Below, piece by piece: positions 39,261-52,600 of a stretch of 64,000 nt of DNA. A program made the translations under genes and the position numbers. Each line of letters starts with the position of its first letter. The stretch's first letter is position 1. Origin of the DNA: Auanema rhodensis (Eukaryota; Animalia; Nematoda); assembly GCA_964057225.1 (NCBI GenBank), contig OZ059899.1, forward strand, positions 7,378,001 to 7,442,000, read 5' to 3'. The notes beneath the pieces were generated by a model that was given only the letters and a program-made list of their open reading frames with translations, was not told where the DNA came from and searched no databases.

Positions 39261-42200
39261 GAATGAGATGGTAAAAAATGAATATATATAGTATATATGA
39301 AAGATAAAAATAAGAAACAAAAAAATATATATATAACAAATAGATGTTTAAAGCTTTGAATTTTTGAAAAATCAGAGAATTCTTTGATTGTTGATTTGTA
39401 AAAAGATTTTTCTTATTCTAATACTTAAAAAGTAAATGATACAATTAAGATGAAACAGATACCTAACGTTTCTAAGAAAACAACAATAGTTTAAGGTCTA
39501 AAAGGTAAACTAAAGGAGAAACAACCGTTTTTTTATTTGAATTGCTCAAATGGTTGTAATATCGTATTTGTTGGCCACGTGAATACTATGCATTGTCAAA
39601 TTTTCACATAGGTAAGAAAAATAACAAAGAGAATAGGCAAAACCCCATACTTAATAGTGTGCCTTAAAGGGTAGATAACGAAAAACATCAGAAATGGAAG
39701 AAGAAGGGTTACTTGGCAAAAAGCCACAAAAAACTGCAAGCAAAGATGCAAAGAAAAACAAATAGAAGAAAATAACTGATTGAACTGAGAGTTAATCAGG
39801 AGCACGCGGTCAGCTGAAACGATTGTCGTAAACACCTGGAAATCTTTTAGAGTGGCTTTCATTTCAAACTTTCAAATTAAATTATGTAGTAAAAGTTTGA
39901 TAAAGAGGTAAAAACTAAATATTAAGATGTGAAATTGAAAAGAATATGATGTATGAGATCTAAACAGTATTAAAACGTGATGTAACGAGGGCTTGGAGAG
40001 AGAAAACAGGAAGCACATACATAAGTGATAGAAAGAGAGCGGAAGGTAGAGGAGAAGGTAAGGCTGATATAAGATGTCGAATCTTAGATGATCTTTGGAT
40101 TTTGTCTTGAAAGAATCTTGCCAAGAAAAATGAACGACATATGAATAGTAACTAGCAAGAAAAGTTTTATAGAAAGAATTAAAGAACGAAAAAAGGAAAA
40201 CTGGAAATGGATCATAAAGGGTAAAAATGAAAATACAAAGTAAAAGAAGTTTAAAAAGAAAAGGAAATAAGGTTAAAGGAAAGCTTACAGAATTTGTAAA
40301 GAAAATAAAAAGCTATGTTGAAAAAACGGATAATATAGAATTTTCTTAGAAGGATGTTTGAAAATTGCGAAGATGTATCAGAAAATATGCTTTCAGGGTT
40401 CACGCACGTGGTCATGCTCTTTGTCTTCTTTCCTCATCGGAGTATAGTCCCATGGGTGGGAGAACGAAAAGGGGGAGGAGGAGAAGCTCTAAAGGCGAGG
40501 TTGAAGGACGTAGGCCAGAAAACGATTTGGAGATATATGGAGGCGGAGCAAACTGTGGTCTAGAAAAGATAGAACTTTGACACAAAGGGATTGAAAAAGC
40601 AAAGAATCAGTTTAGATAGTGTGAGAGAGATAGATGAAGAGAAAGAATAGGAAAAGATATGAGAGAATACGTTACTAGTTGAGTAAAGAAGTATACATAG
40701 GTACATCTGATTAGGATTCAAAGATTGAAAGGCAAAAGCAAATCGTTATGAAGTTCAATGGAAGCAACATAAACATAGGAAAGAAGGAAAAATAAAGAGA
40801 AAGGGAGAGAGTAGCCTGTTTACGCATAAGATCGATGAGCAAAAAAGCTCATGAAATATTCTTAGGCATCTAAAAGTCAGGGAAATAAACGATGTGATAG
40901 TGTGAAGAAAAAAAGAAGGATGTTGGATAAATATGAAAAAATAGAAGAAAATGAAACAAACTGATCAACAATAACGATGAAGAGCAGGAAAAGTAGTCAA
41001 CGATCTTCAGTGGGATATCAACATCTTCTGGCTCGTTCTTTTTGTGATGCTAATATATGTCTATGTTATTGTCTATATGTGAACCAATGAATTATTAGAA
41101 ACATATGTTGATAATATGTTAAAATGAAGATAAATATCACAAATTATATTAATTAAATGAACTTTATATATATATATATATATATATAACAACATGATTA
41201 GTATTAATATGAATAATCGGATATCCTGTGAATTATTCAAAATGTTTCCGGTCTATAGTTCATTGAAAAAGAAATTGGTAACAGAAACTGCCAAAGTGCA
41301 GACAATTGTGAGAACAGATATTCGATGTGAACTTCTACGAATCCGCGTGAAAGTTCAGACCAAAATTTTTAGATTTTTTCGATGACTACATCACAAAATG
41401 ATCTAGTTCCAGTGTAAAACTAGTGAAAAATATATGTTAATAAGTGAAAATTGTAAGGTTTGAAATGAAAAGAAAGAAAATTTTCATTTTTGATCAAAAA
41501 ACACCAAAATTAGAATTTATTTGAGTCAGATTGATTGTATGCATCAAATTCATTTGTTAATTTTAAAAAATTCTGAGAAGTAAATTGGTTTGGAACACGA
41601 AATTGTATGAAGATAGTTAATGATTAGACCGGAAGAAACAGCAATTTGAAAACTGAAATTGTTGATCTCTTTCTCTCCTTCTCTGTACCATTTCCAGATT
41701 TTTTTTTCTCACTCTCTCTCTCTCTCTATTAATACTTTAAGTTTTCTCTAGTTTCTTGACTCTCCCTCTCTCTTTTATTCGCATCTTTTCTTGATTTAAC
41801 TTGCCTTCCTCTTCATCCTCGAACTCCTTACATTCAAAGCGTAGCCTCCAGTTCTCAGGAACAGACACCTTCAACAACTGTTGAGTATATTGAAATATCA
41901 TGGTATTTTAAGAGATAACAGATAAGTATAGGTGAATAGAGGGAAAAAATAGCCAACGGCAATGCTCTTCGACAAAGCATTTTTTCACTGCCGTCCATCC
42001 TGTCTTCTGAACCTGTTCATTCGGCCATTGCTAGAACAGCCAACCTGCATATTGCGGCAAACGTGTGGAATCTGATAGCCAAAAGAAACTTGATGAAGCT
42101 GTTAGCTGTAAATATGCTCAACATGTTTAAGAAGGAAATAAAAGACTACAGCTAGTCTATTTGGTTTAAAAAATAATAATTTTCAGCCGAAAATAATTTT

Positions 42201-45200
42201 TTTTCTTATATTATATATTTATCTTTCTCTTAACATATGAATAATTTTTTTAATCAATAGAAATAGTTTGATTTTTTTAAGAAATCTAACATCAAATGCA
42301 CTTATACCATGTAAAAATAAAGATCAAAAGAATGTCATATCAGTGTAAAACATAATTTTAAAAATATACTATATCGTACATTCTGCTCTGAATCATTGAC
42401 TAGAATGAAAAAAAAAGTTCAAATGAACTGAAAAGATAAAATTGAAATAGAAATATTATCTTTTTAAGGTAATCAAAATATATGTCAATCGTTAAAATTA
42501 AGAAAAACAAAACAATTTCTTTCATTTTAATTTATTTTTATTTTTGTTACATAGTTGATATTCTTTGGCTATCAATCTATGCAATTTAATTTTTATTACC
42601 AGATTGACGTCATCTTCTGTTAATCGTTAAGAACAACTGATTCAAAACTTTTTTAATTCTTTTTTGAAAAAAATTAAATTTTATACAAATACATATATAT
42701 GTAAATGTATTAGTTTATAAAAAAATTTATTTATAAAGTTCATGAAGGATCAAATATTTTCAATATATTGATGGAAAAATGAGGAGACAAGATGGAAATT
42801 GTAGTGCTAGACAGGAGGGAAACGCAGAGGGTCAGATGAAGAACTTAGAGATACCTGTTAAGCTATTAAAGGCACTTAGTAGATTAACTTTGCTATTTGA
42901 ATGTTACAAACGAATAACGAAAGCTGATCAAAAACTAAAAATTTTAAAAAAAGAAACAAAGAAATGATGTATGAATTTTAAAAAAAAGTATAAATTATTA
43001 TAAAATAATGATGATACATTAATCCAGATGTTTTATTTTATATAAATGATCTCAAAAAAAAGGATTGAAAATTGATTACGATCAAAAGAAGTATCAGTAA
43101 AACATAAGAAGTTAAGATGATACATATACTTGCACATATGTAATTTTAAAATTTAATAAAAATAAATATATTTAAATGAATATATTATGATCTGTTGGTA
43201 TTTAAAAATATTTTATTAAAATTTTTAAATACCAACAGAACATTGAGCCAAAAAGCGTGATTTTTTCGGTTTTTTCTTGTATTCTGCAGAACAGAAAAAA
43301 TGTTTTTAAATTAAATTTTGGAATTGTAAATGAATATTAATAAACAAGAGAAATATGAAGTATATATACATACATATATAAGTTTGGAGAATTTTAACAA
43401 AAAGAAAAAGAATGAATGAGTTATAAGATATATTATGTTAAAAAAAAGGTCATATGAAGTATGGATATGTGTATAAAAAAAGCCATCGAGATAGAAAGAG
43501 AAAAAAGCCAAAAATAGACAATGGAAGAATGAAGGAAACACACAACATTCAGATCAAAAGCATATAACCAGAGTTTTGTTCATTTGCTGTTTAACTTCAG
43601 TAATATAAAGCACTTCTGAAACTTAAAAACTATCCGTAATTTTAAATCTACTGAATATATTATCAAAATTGCAAAACAAAAGTGGAAAATATCAATATTT
43701 TAGCTGAAAACATGTAAAGAATGAAGTTCAGAGTTGAAAAACTTAAATTGAAGTTCTCGAATTGTCTCCAGATGATACAGCGAAATTTGACAAACACAAA
43801 ATGTCCTTATATCATTCAATCATATTGATATGACAAACGGATTAGGATAGAATTAGCATCAACTATTCGGTATGAGAAATGAAGACGTATGAAGTTATAC
43901 TTTGAAAATAAAAAAAGTGGAAGAATGAAAGATAGCAAAAGCTTCATATCATAATCATTTAATTTTTTATTCTTAACTATTATATATTATACTATTGAAT
44001 TAAATAAAAATTAAAAATAAGAATAAGTTTACTTGAAATTTGGTATATAATATCTTTCATTTCAGATAAATCTTTCGATTATTCATATGAGTATATGAAT
44101 AATTAAGGTAATTTAATCTTCTATTTCACCTAAAAATATATGAAAATAATATATAACAATATTAATTATGTTATTTACATATACATACGTAATAAATATT
44201 ACTAAATTTTTTATATTTTTATTATTTAAAATAAAAGGTCATAACTTGATATTATACGTATGTATATCTATATAAATTATATTATTATAGAAAACAATAC
44301 GTAAAATTTGAAATTTAATATAACTAATTCACGTGTTCACGTGACTGATGCTAAAATAAATTTTTTTATTTTCAATAATTGATATATTTAGAGCGGTTGT
44401 GAATCCCTTTTTGATCGTCCAATACTAAATTAAATGTCTTTTTTTGAACTAATGTTTTCAGTTATATATATATATATAAATTAATTTAGACAATTTTAAA
44501 TTATAAAAAATTAATTATAATAAGACAATGAAATATTCTTTTTCTTCACTATGTTCTGTTTGTTCCTTTTGACTTTTATATCTATTGGTTGGCTCAGATA
44601 AAGTTACAACGACCTTTTCACTTCATCTGGCTTCAATTAGATAAACTATTCCTCAAAACTTTCACTTTTTTTTCGAAAATTCAAAACAGATTTCCGGTTA
44701 AATGTGTGATTTTCACATTCAATAAAATTAAAGAAAGATTTCGGAATAGTGGTTTGTAGTTTTTGTTTAAACGTATAATAAGTACCATAAGATACAATGA
44801 TCTCCGAAAAATAAAATAATGCATAATGTGCGGATTATTCGGCTATGTTATAAGAAAAAAAAATTTTTTTAAACGAAATTCATATTCACATGGAGGGATA
44901 ATAGAAGTAACATTAAAAAGAAAAGAGGATAAGCTGAAGAACTTAGAACGGAATGAAAAGAAAATGAAGAAAAAGCAGGAACAGGATCAGGGTCATAGCA
45001 AAAACAAATGTAATCACCCAAACATCTTGTCACATTTTACGTGAACAAGTAAGCCGGCTCTGCAATATGCATTCAGAACTTCGATCTTCAAACTTTTTTT
45101 TAATGATTTGATATCAAGATTATCTAGCTTTGTGAACCACCTTCAACTCAATGATTGATTAAATGAGAAAAATCTTTTAAATTCTTTCGCTTTCAGCAAA

Positions 45201-47997
45201 ATTTAAGCAAAAGATAATAAAAAAATATTCGAGAGATTTCAAGAAAACGAAATATGAATGCATGTACTTGTCCAAAGATGTTGACGATGGATATGCAAGA
45301 AATGCTAAGCAACAGTAGTTGCAGTTGTAATATCTGAAAATTGAATTTAATTAATAAAAGTTTTTAAGGTTATATCGTTATAAGCTATTTAATAATAATT
45401 AAATGAATAAGAATATATATATATATATATACAAAAATTAAAAGAACAGTGAGATAAACTAACAAAATGATAAAGAAAAAAAGCTGGACAGCATGAGATA
45501 GCCAAGAAATAAACAGCCGAACAACAAAAAAAAAGAAAAAAGAAAACAACAAATGAGAAAGTAAAATTTTTCTATTTTTTAGTTGTTGAAATTGTTTTGT
45601 ATACGTATATATAGCAAACAGTCAGTATCGTTTAAAACTTTATGAAGTTGAAGATTATTCTGATGAAAACGAATGTTTGAAAAGAAAAATGAAGAAAACA
45701 ACGAATTCATACATGTATGAATTCATAGATGTGGATGGTAATATCCACCTTTTCTATGTTTTATTATTTTTTTTCTTTTAGGTGAAAGAAATATTTAAAA
45801 AAAATCAGAAAATAAGATATAATTCTATAGCATTGTTGAAACATATAGTGCAATAATAGTCATCTTCTCTACGTTCATCACTGTAATATTAAAAAAAAAT
45901 CTTTTTGATATATAATGAAATTCAAAAAAAATTGAATTGAAATCTGAGATAAGAAGATGACTGAAATGAATCCAAACGAGAAAAATGAAGAAAAAGAGAG
46001 TGGCAGGCGACGACATTAAAACAGCATGACAAATGCTTGTCGGGATCAGCTTATTCTTGTCAGAACTAACTTGCCGGCACTCTGTCTGTCAAAGGTTCCT
46101 TGTCAGATTCTCTTATTGGAATAAGAAAATAAATCCGGAAGCTTAGCCTAAACCTCAAAGTTCTCATTGACCTTGAAAGTAAAATTAATAAAGAAATGCA
46201 AGGTGTAACAGGGAACAAACGTGCATATGAGAGCTCTTTGACAGAAAAATCCACAAAACTAGTTTCATAAGAAGAAATTTAGTGAGATCAGATATACATG
46301 TATATATGAATAGTACGATAAGTCAAATTCTAACTTCTGAATTGTAGCTGGTCATCATAATTCTACTAGAAAGTAAAGTATAAATGATAAACGACACTTC
46401 TTCCGAATAGTCAGCTGCTGTTTCATTGCCTTCGTACTAGCTTCATCTTATTATGTTAGTGTTTTTACTCTCAAATAGATAGTTAACAAAGAAAAATATA
46501 TGTTTTCTTATAATTTTACATGATAATAGATACAAGATAACCATACCTATATAATTAAATTTTTTAATTTATTCGAGTTTGTTTGAATTTTAACAATAAA
46601 AAAAACTCATTTTAATATGAAAGAAAATAGAGTCATGAGAGCCAAATGTAATTAAATGAAATGACGCAAATTATTTAAAATTCAACTGAATCATTCAACA
46701 GTTTGTCCGATTGATGAAGATATTTGAATAAGTGTAGACATGTTGCTTAGCAAATCTGTGGTTCAAATCATCTTCATATATGAATCGTGCTCATATATTA
46801 TCGACAAAAAATTGAATTGACGAATGAAATGAGATCTATTCATCAGGATAATATCTGTATGTTTCATGTACCTGTGCAATATATTTCTTTTTTTTTGGTT
46901 ATTCTTAAATTTTTCTCTTCTTCTTAGAATGTTTTCGATTGATTTATGCTCATTCAATGTGCTACAGTATACAAAACGAAACATTGAAAAATGATCTAAA
47001 GCATCTTTTTAGAAATTCAAGATATTTTCTTATTTAAAAACAATATACAAAAAAAACATTTATTCCAAATAAACTTATTATTTTGTCAAAATCTAAAATT
47101 AAACGAAATGTTAAAATCTCAAAATTTCGAGTTTATAACTGTTTAGTTAAGATTTTCAATAAAGTACTATTCTTCTATGTATTTGTAAATTTTTTGATTT
47201 TATCACCAAGCTTGATGAGATTATTAATTTTTAACACTGAAGCTGATAACTAGTTTGTTCGAAATATTAGAAAGCTTTTCAAAAGTTTTTCCGTGCTCGA
47301 CCAACTGACAGGCAAACGAACAAATAAAAATAATATAAAGAGAGATAGAAATAGATTTAATTTTTCAAATCTTTACAAAATTTTTTTCCGTTTTTTGAAA
47401 ACTAAGTAACAACAAGAGCTTTAGAGAATAATGCTTATACTAGAACATTGAAGCAGGTGAATTATCTTAAAATCTTCGTACATTCACCCAAAACACAGCT
47501 TTACTATCATTATAGCTTTCAAGTTTGAAACTACATCTAGTCTAATAGTCTTTTTTATATTTGTCTTCAAGCTTCATTCTCTTTAAGAATTCAAGATACT
47601 TTTGTGTGAAATGCTTATATATCTTTCATAATCTCTCATGCAATTATTTGCAGATTTTTCAAATTCTATGCCTGAAGCGATAATAATATTATGATGATAT
47701 TATCACTTGAAATTTTTGAAGGCACTTGGATTATCTAGTACTGCTGAAGAAGTAATCTAATAAATTTTGAAAATGGTACTTCAGAAAAAATTTCGGAATT
47801 CCAATTTGAAAAGAAAAAAAAAGATTTTCTACCATTGCAATGGATATTAGTTTTGAAATTTTATAATATATGTATACCATAAAACTACAAACATAGAAAA
47901 AAAATTTATCGACATCCAAAAAACCTCAAAACTATTTTCATGTAACTGTACAAAGAAAATGTGACAAAGAATATACTATAAACAGGAATTTCCTCAT

Positions 47998-49176
47998 TTA
48001 CAAGAACATTGGGTTGTATCCATAATCATATCCATATCCATGCTCATTTCTGTGTGAAGGGCGGTAATGTTCATGTCCTTCTGAAGCATAATAGCCATGT
48101 GGGTAGTGTGTATGAGCATCATGATGATGAACAGCTGGTGTGTAATGAGAACCATATTCATTTCCATATCCATTGTATCCGTGATCGTAGTGTCCATCAT
48201 CGTAATTACCTATATGGTTTATAGTTAAAAACTTATCTTATTATATAATATTCTAATGCTCAATTAAACATATTTCTTACAAACATGTAATATGAATGGT
48301 TAATTAAAATCATTCTGAAGTATGAATAACAGAGAATGGTTGTAAACAGGTTTGTGAACTTTCAAACTTTTTTTGAATGAAACTAGTATCTTATACACTC
48401 ACCATAACCACGATTATAATCGTTGTACTTGTGTCCTTCAGCAGCGTCGTTGTCGTGGAATGATTTGTGATCAGCTCCATAATTCTTTTCAGCTTTGTCT
48501 ATATTTTAAATGTAATGTTAGTGGATCAGATTCAATATACCGTATCCTTCATATCCATTAGCATGATAATCTCCATCTTGGTGTTTCTTAGCTCCTTCAG
48601 CGTGCTCATCAGCTCCATATTTACTAGCGTGCTTCTCATCGGATTGGAATTGTTCCATGTGGTATTGAGGTTGGACATACTTATAGTCGAAGAATCCGAA
48701 TGTTTTGCTTTTGACGTCTGAAATCAAAGAAAACTATGTAGTTTTATATTATCGATGAATGCTTTTTACCTTTTCCGTAATCTGTCTTGGCTGATGAATA
48801 TTGAGTACCAGCTCCTTCTTGATGTCCAGCTGCTTCATGAGCAACACCAGCAGCAGCTTTAGCAGCATCCATATGATCCGATGATTTTTCATTGCCATAA
48901 TAACTATAAATCCACTTAGAAAAAAACATGGGATAGTGAAGCGTACTCAGTTTGTCCATGTTTTTGATCTCCATGAGCAGCATCGTGGTATGAGGCAGCA
49001 TGATGAGCAGCATCATTTCCATAATCAGAATTTCCTTTGGAACTACCGTATCTGAGAAATAAAACGTTATAGTCAAACAAATCCAACAAATCTTACGATG
49101 CATGTCCAAGAGGAACAGCTACAGCACTGCCAAGGACAAGAAGAGTGACAACAGATGATCGAAGAAACTTAGTCAT
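47998..49176 (-). CDS. Secreted His/Gly/Tyr-rich low-complexity protein (6 exons)
   Basis: Signal MTKFLRSSVVTLLVLGSAVA; DAAHHAASYHDAAHGDQKHG, KSKTFGFFDYKYVQPQYHMEQF, YTPAVHHHDAHTHYPHGYY..HGYGYDYGYNPMFL*; TATA box GTATATAAG on the minus strand at ~49250-49258. Confidence 0.85.
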
Positions 49177-49674
49177 TCTTATGAAAGGTTTTCCTGGTTT
49201 ACGATTAAACCAATAAGAAAACTGTATGTTTAGATGCAGTGGCTTTCGTCTTATATACTCTGGAGAAACAAGGACGGCCCACTTTTTTTCATATCTTCGA
49301 CATTGTATCAAGTCTTATCCGACTTCTTCATAGTAAATGAGGTAGCCGATTGTAAGTGCTATTCATACAAAACACATTCCAAGCATACACACCAGTGTTT
49401 TTTCAATATTCGAAATACACATCTTGTCCCATTAGAAAAGCCGAGGAAATACATGAAATATCAGGTGTATGTGAATAAGTTCACGGTCCTTTCCCATCAA
49501 AGCAATGACTACATGTTTATTAGTCTAACACAACGTAGCATTACAAACCTTGCCATTATTTCAAAAACAATAAAATGATACAAGATTTAAGTTTTATTTT
49601 CTATACACAAGCATACAAATTAGTTAATTAAACATAATGAGTACATTCAATTCTAGAAAGTTGTTGTTTATATT

Positions 49675-52600
49675 TCAGTTTTTACCGGGAACTTCTTCCT
49701 TTTCATTTGATTCATCATTACTCACTTTGGAATTATTCAAATTGACTTTGCTATGAAGAACTGCAAGAGTACTTCGATATTTTTTCGCATGATCCATGAT
49801 TTGATGAGGATCAATAACAACATTCTTTGTACAATCGTTGGTCTGAAATTAATTTCTTTTAATAAAGAATACATGGAATATTAACGTTTACCTTATATAT
49901 GCCTACTAGTCGATCTCCCAATTCAAACATGTTGTTACGTAAACTGATAATAATGAATTGAGCATTTTTAGTTCGGTCTTTAACATAATGCCCAATAATG
50001 GAAACATTACGGAAATCTAGGGCAGCGTCAATCTCATCCATAACATATAACGGTGTTGGTCTAAATAAACATATCAATATTGTATATCTGTAAATTCAAA
50101 CCTATAGTGATGAAGAGCAAAAACAAGAGCTAAAGAGGAGAGAGTTTTCTCACCTCCTGACAAGTTTTCAATATTTTTCCACGACTTTTTGGGAGGACGA
50201 ACCCTGCATAGAAATTAAAATAAGTATGGCACACACTGAAGACTTACATAAACTGAATTCCCTCAGAAAATGGGTCCATCGAATCTTTCAGATCAAGAGC
50301 AGCGTCTCCTCCCAAAGTAATCATTTGATACATTTCCTTCAAAGCCAATCCAATACGTTCAAAACCTTCCTAAAATATTATTATGATATTAAAAGAAAAC
50401 TCATTTTTACCATAAATTCTCCCATCCGTTGTTTTTTGAGATTTTCTAAAAAGGTGCCATGACTATTGTAGTTCTTCTTAATATTATCCAAAACATCCAT
50501 TTCATTCTCATATAAGCGCAACTGGAAATTATAAGAAATGCATCTAACGATGGTTAAAGTCTCACTTTGTTGGAATATTCCTTAAGAATATTCATGTTGA
50601 TATTTTGCTTTGAATCGGCTATTCGCTGTTCTAACTTATCAAGCTGGAAAGCGAGATTTTCCCTATAAATATATAGTTACAATTGAAATTCAAAGAAAAT
50701 ACAAACTTATTAATATCTTGAAGTTGTTCTGGTGTCAGTTCAGGTAGGAAATCAGCATCTTCAGAAGTATCATCTTGATCATCATTCTATAAAAGATGAA
50801 TAAACAAACCGAAAGCATTAATTTATACCGAAGAATTATCTCCTTCCTCATTTTCTGCTTCAGCTTCTTTTTCTTTCTCTTTCTCTTTCTGTCGAAGAAT
50901 CTCTTCGCCTTCCATTTCAAGAGACTCGTCCAAGAAATGATCTTTCGCCATTGTTCTTATTTTCTTAGGCACAATATCATATTGCTTCATATCATGCAGT
51001 TTTAATCCAGAAATCTGATATTAAATGACTATTATAACAGTATCTCACACAATACTTACTTCTTTCTTAACACCTTTAATAGCGTTTTCTAATCCTGCTA
51101 CTTCATTTTCCAAGTTTTCTATTTTCTCCTTGAAATCAATCAGAGATTTTTGATAGGAAGCTTCTTCTTCATGCATATGAGAATATGACGAACGTAGTTC
51201 CTTGATTTTTTCTTCCATTTCTTTGAGCTGAGTCTAAAATCAAAAATCATTATATATATCCGCTTCAAGAAATGATACAGATAAATTGTCTTTTTCTTCT
51301 TTATTAGTGTCCATTTCTTTCTTATATTCCTCTTCAGTTTCTGTGAGTTCCTCTTGCCATTTTGTTTTTTTAGCAAGATCGTCTAAGAGAGTATTCAATT
51401 TCTTTTCAGCCTAAAATATATAACTAGAAAATTACAAGAAAAACGTTGGAACCTACCTTTTTCCTATCAAATTCAACGCTATTAATTTTACTTTTAGCTT
51501 TGGCAATTTCTTGTTGAGTTAGACTCAATTTTTTCTTAGCCTCTTCAGCTTTGTCTTGATAACGCTTGAAAGTAGTAATATTTTACATTGAAATAAAACT
51601 CAAACTAACTCCACATAACTCTTTCCATACAAGTTCTAACTTCTCAGTTATCTGAGTCAAATCAGCCTTAATCTCTTTCTGTTCTTCAACAGCTTTTTTC
51701 TTTTCTGATATAATAATTTTTGTGTTCATTAGATAGTGTTAATATATTTACCTTCTGTGAGAGAATCAACAGTTTCTCGTTTGGAAGTTATTAGCTCTTC
51801 ATCTATTTTTCGACTTGAAGCTTGTTCCTCCTATAACAAATACAAAAAACGTGATTTTCTCTCATATTTTTAACCTGGAAAGATAGCTGTTTTTCTAAAT
51901 TTAAAATTTTATCCTTCATAATAGGGCATTCATTCTTGAGAACTCTAACACGCTCGGTTAATTTATTCAATGCGCTGGTAGAATGGAAGATATTTTGATC
52001 GAACTAAAAATAGCGAATTATGAACAAATTTGGAAATATATTAATTTACCTGTCTTGATTCGTCATTCAAAGTCTGAATACGAGCACTCTTTTCTTCGAT
52101 TTCTCGACTCATAGCGGTAAGCCTATCGCGAATCTTCTTCTCATCATCCAAATTCTTAACCTGATTACCCATTAGTCCACTAAAATACGAAAAGATTACA
52201 ACACTTTTTCAAAAAAGAACGTACCGTTTTGGCTTTCCTCCTCCTGTTATAGCTCCAGTATGTTCCATAACAGATCCATTCAACGTCACAAAACGATATT
52301 TATCTTAAGAAGATACTCATTATGTTAATATTCAATTGAAATATAAACTTCTATTTCCCTTTGAAGATTGTTCTTGTGCTATTTTCTTAGCTTCTGCTAG
52401 GTCTTTCACCACTAGAGTATCACGAATCTTAAAATAGTGATATATAAGAACACTTGATAGCAGCTCTTACGGCACTGTAGAAAACTTTTCTCATAGCTGG
52501 TTGAGGAATAGTGATCAAATCGAACATACGTGGAGCAGGGCTGAAAGATTTGAGTTTCAACATGCTATAACGTTTATTACTTACAAGTTACTAGCTGGTC

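Noticed and set aside
49338-49359. TGAGGTAG let-7-family seed
   Set aside because: No complementary 3' arm; the only hairpin is short, imperfect and puts the seed on the wrong arm.
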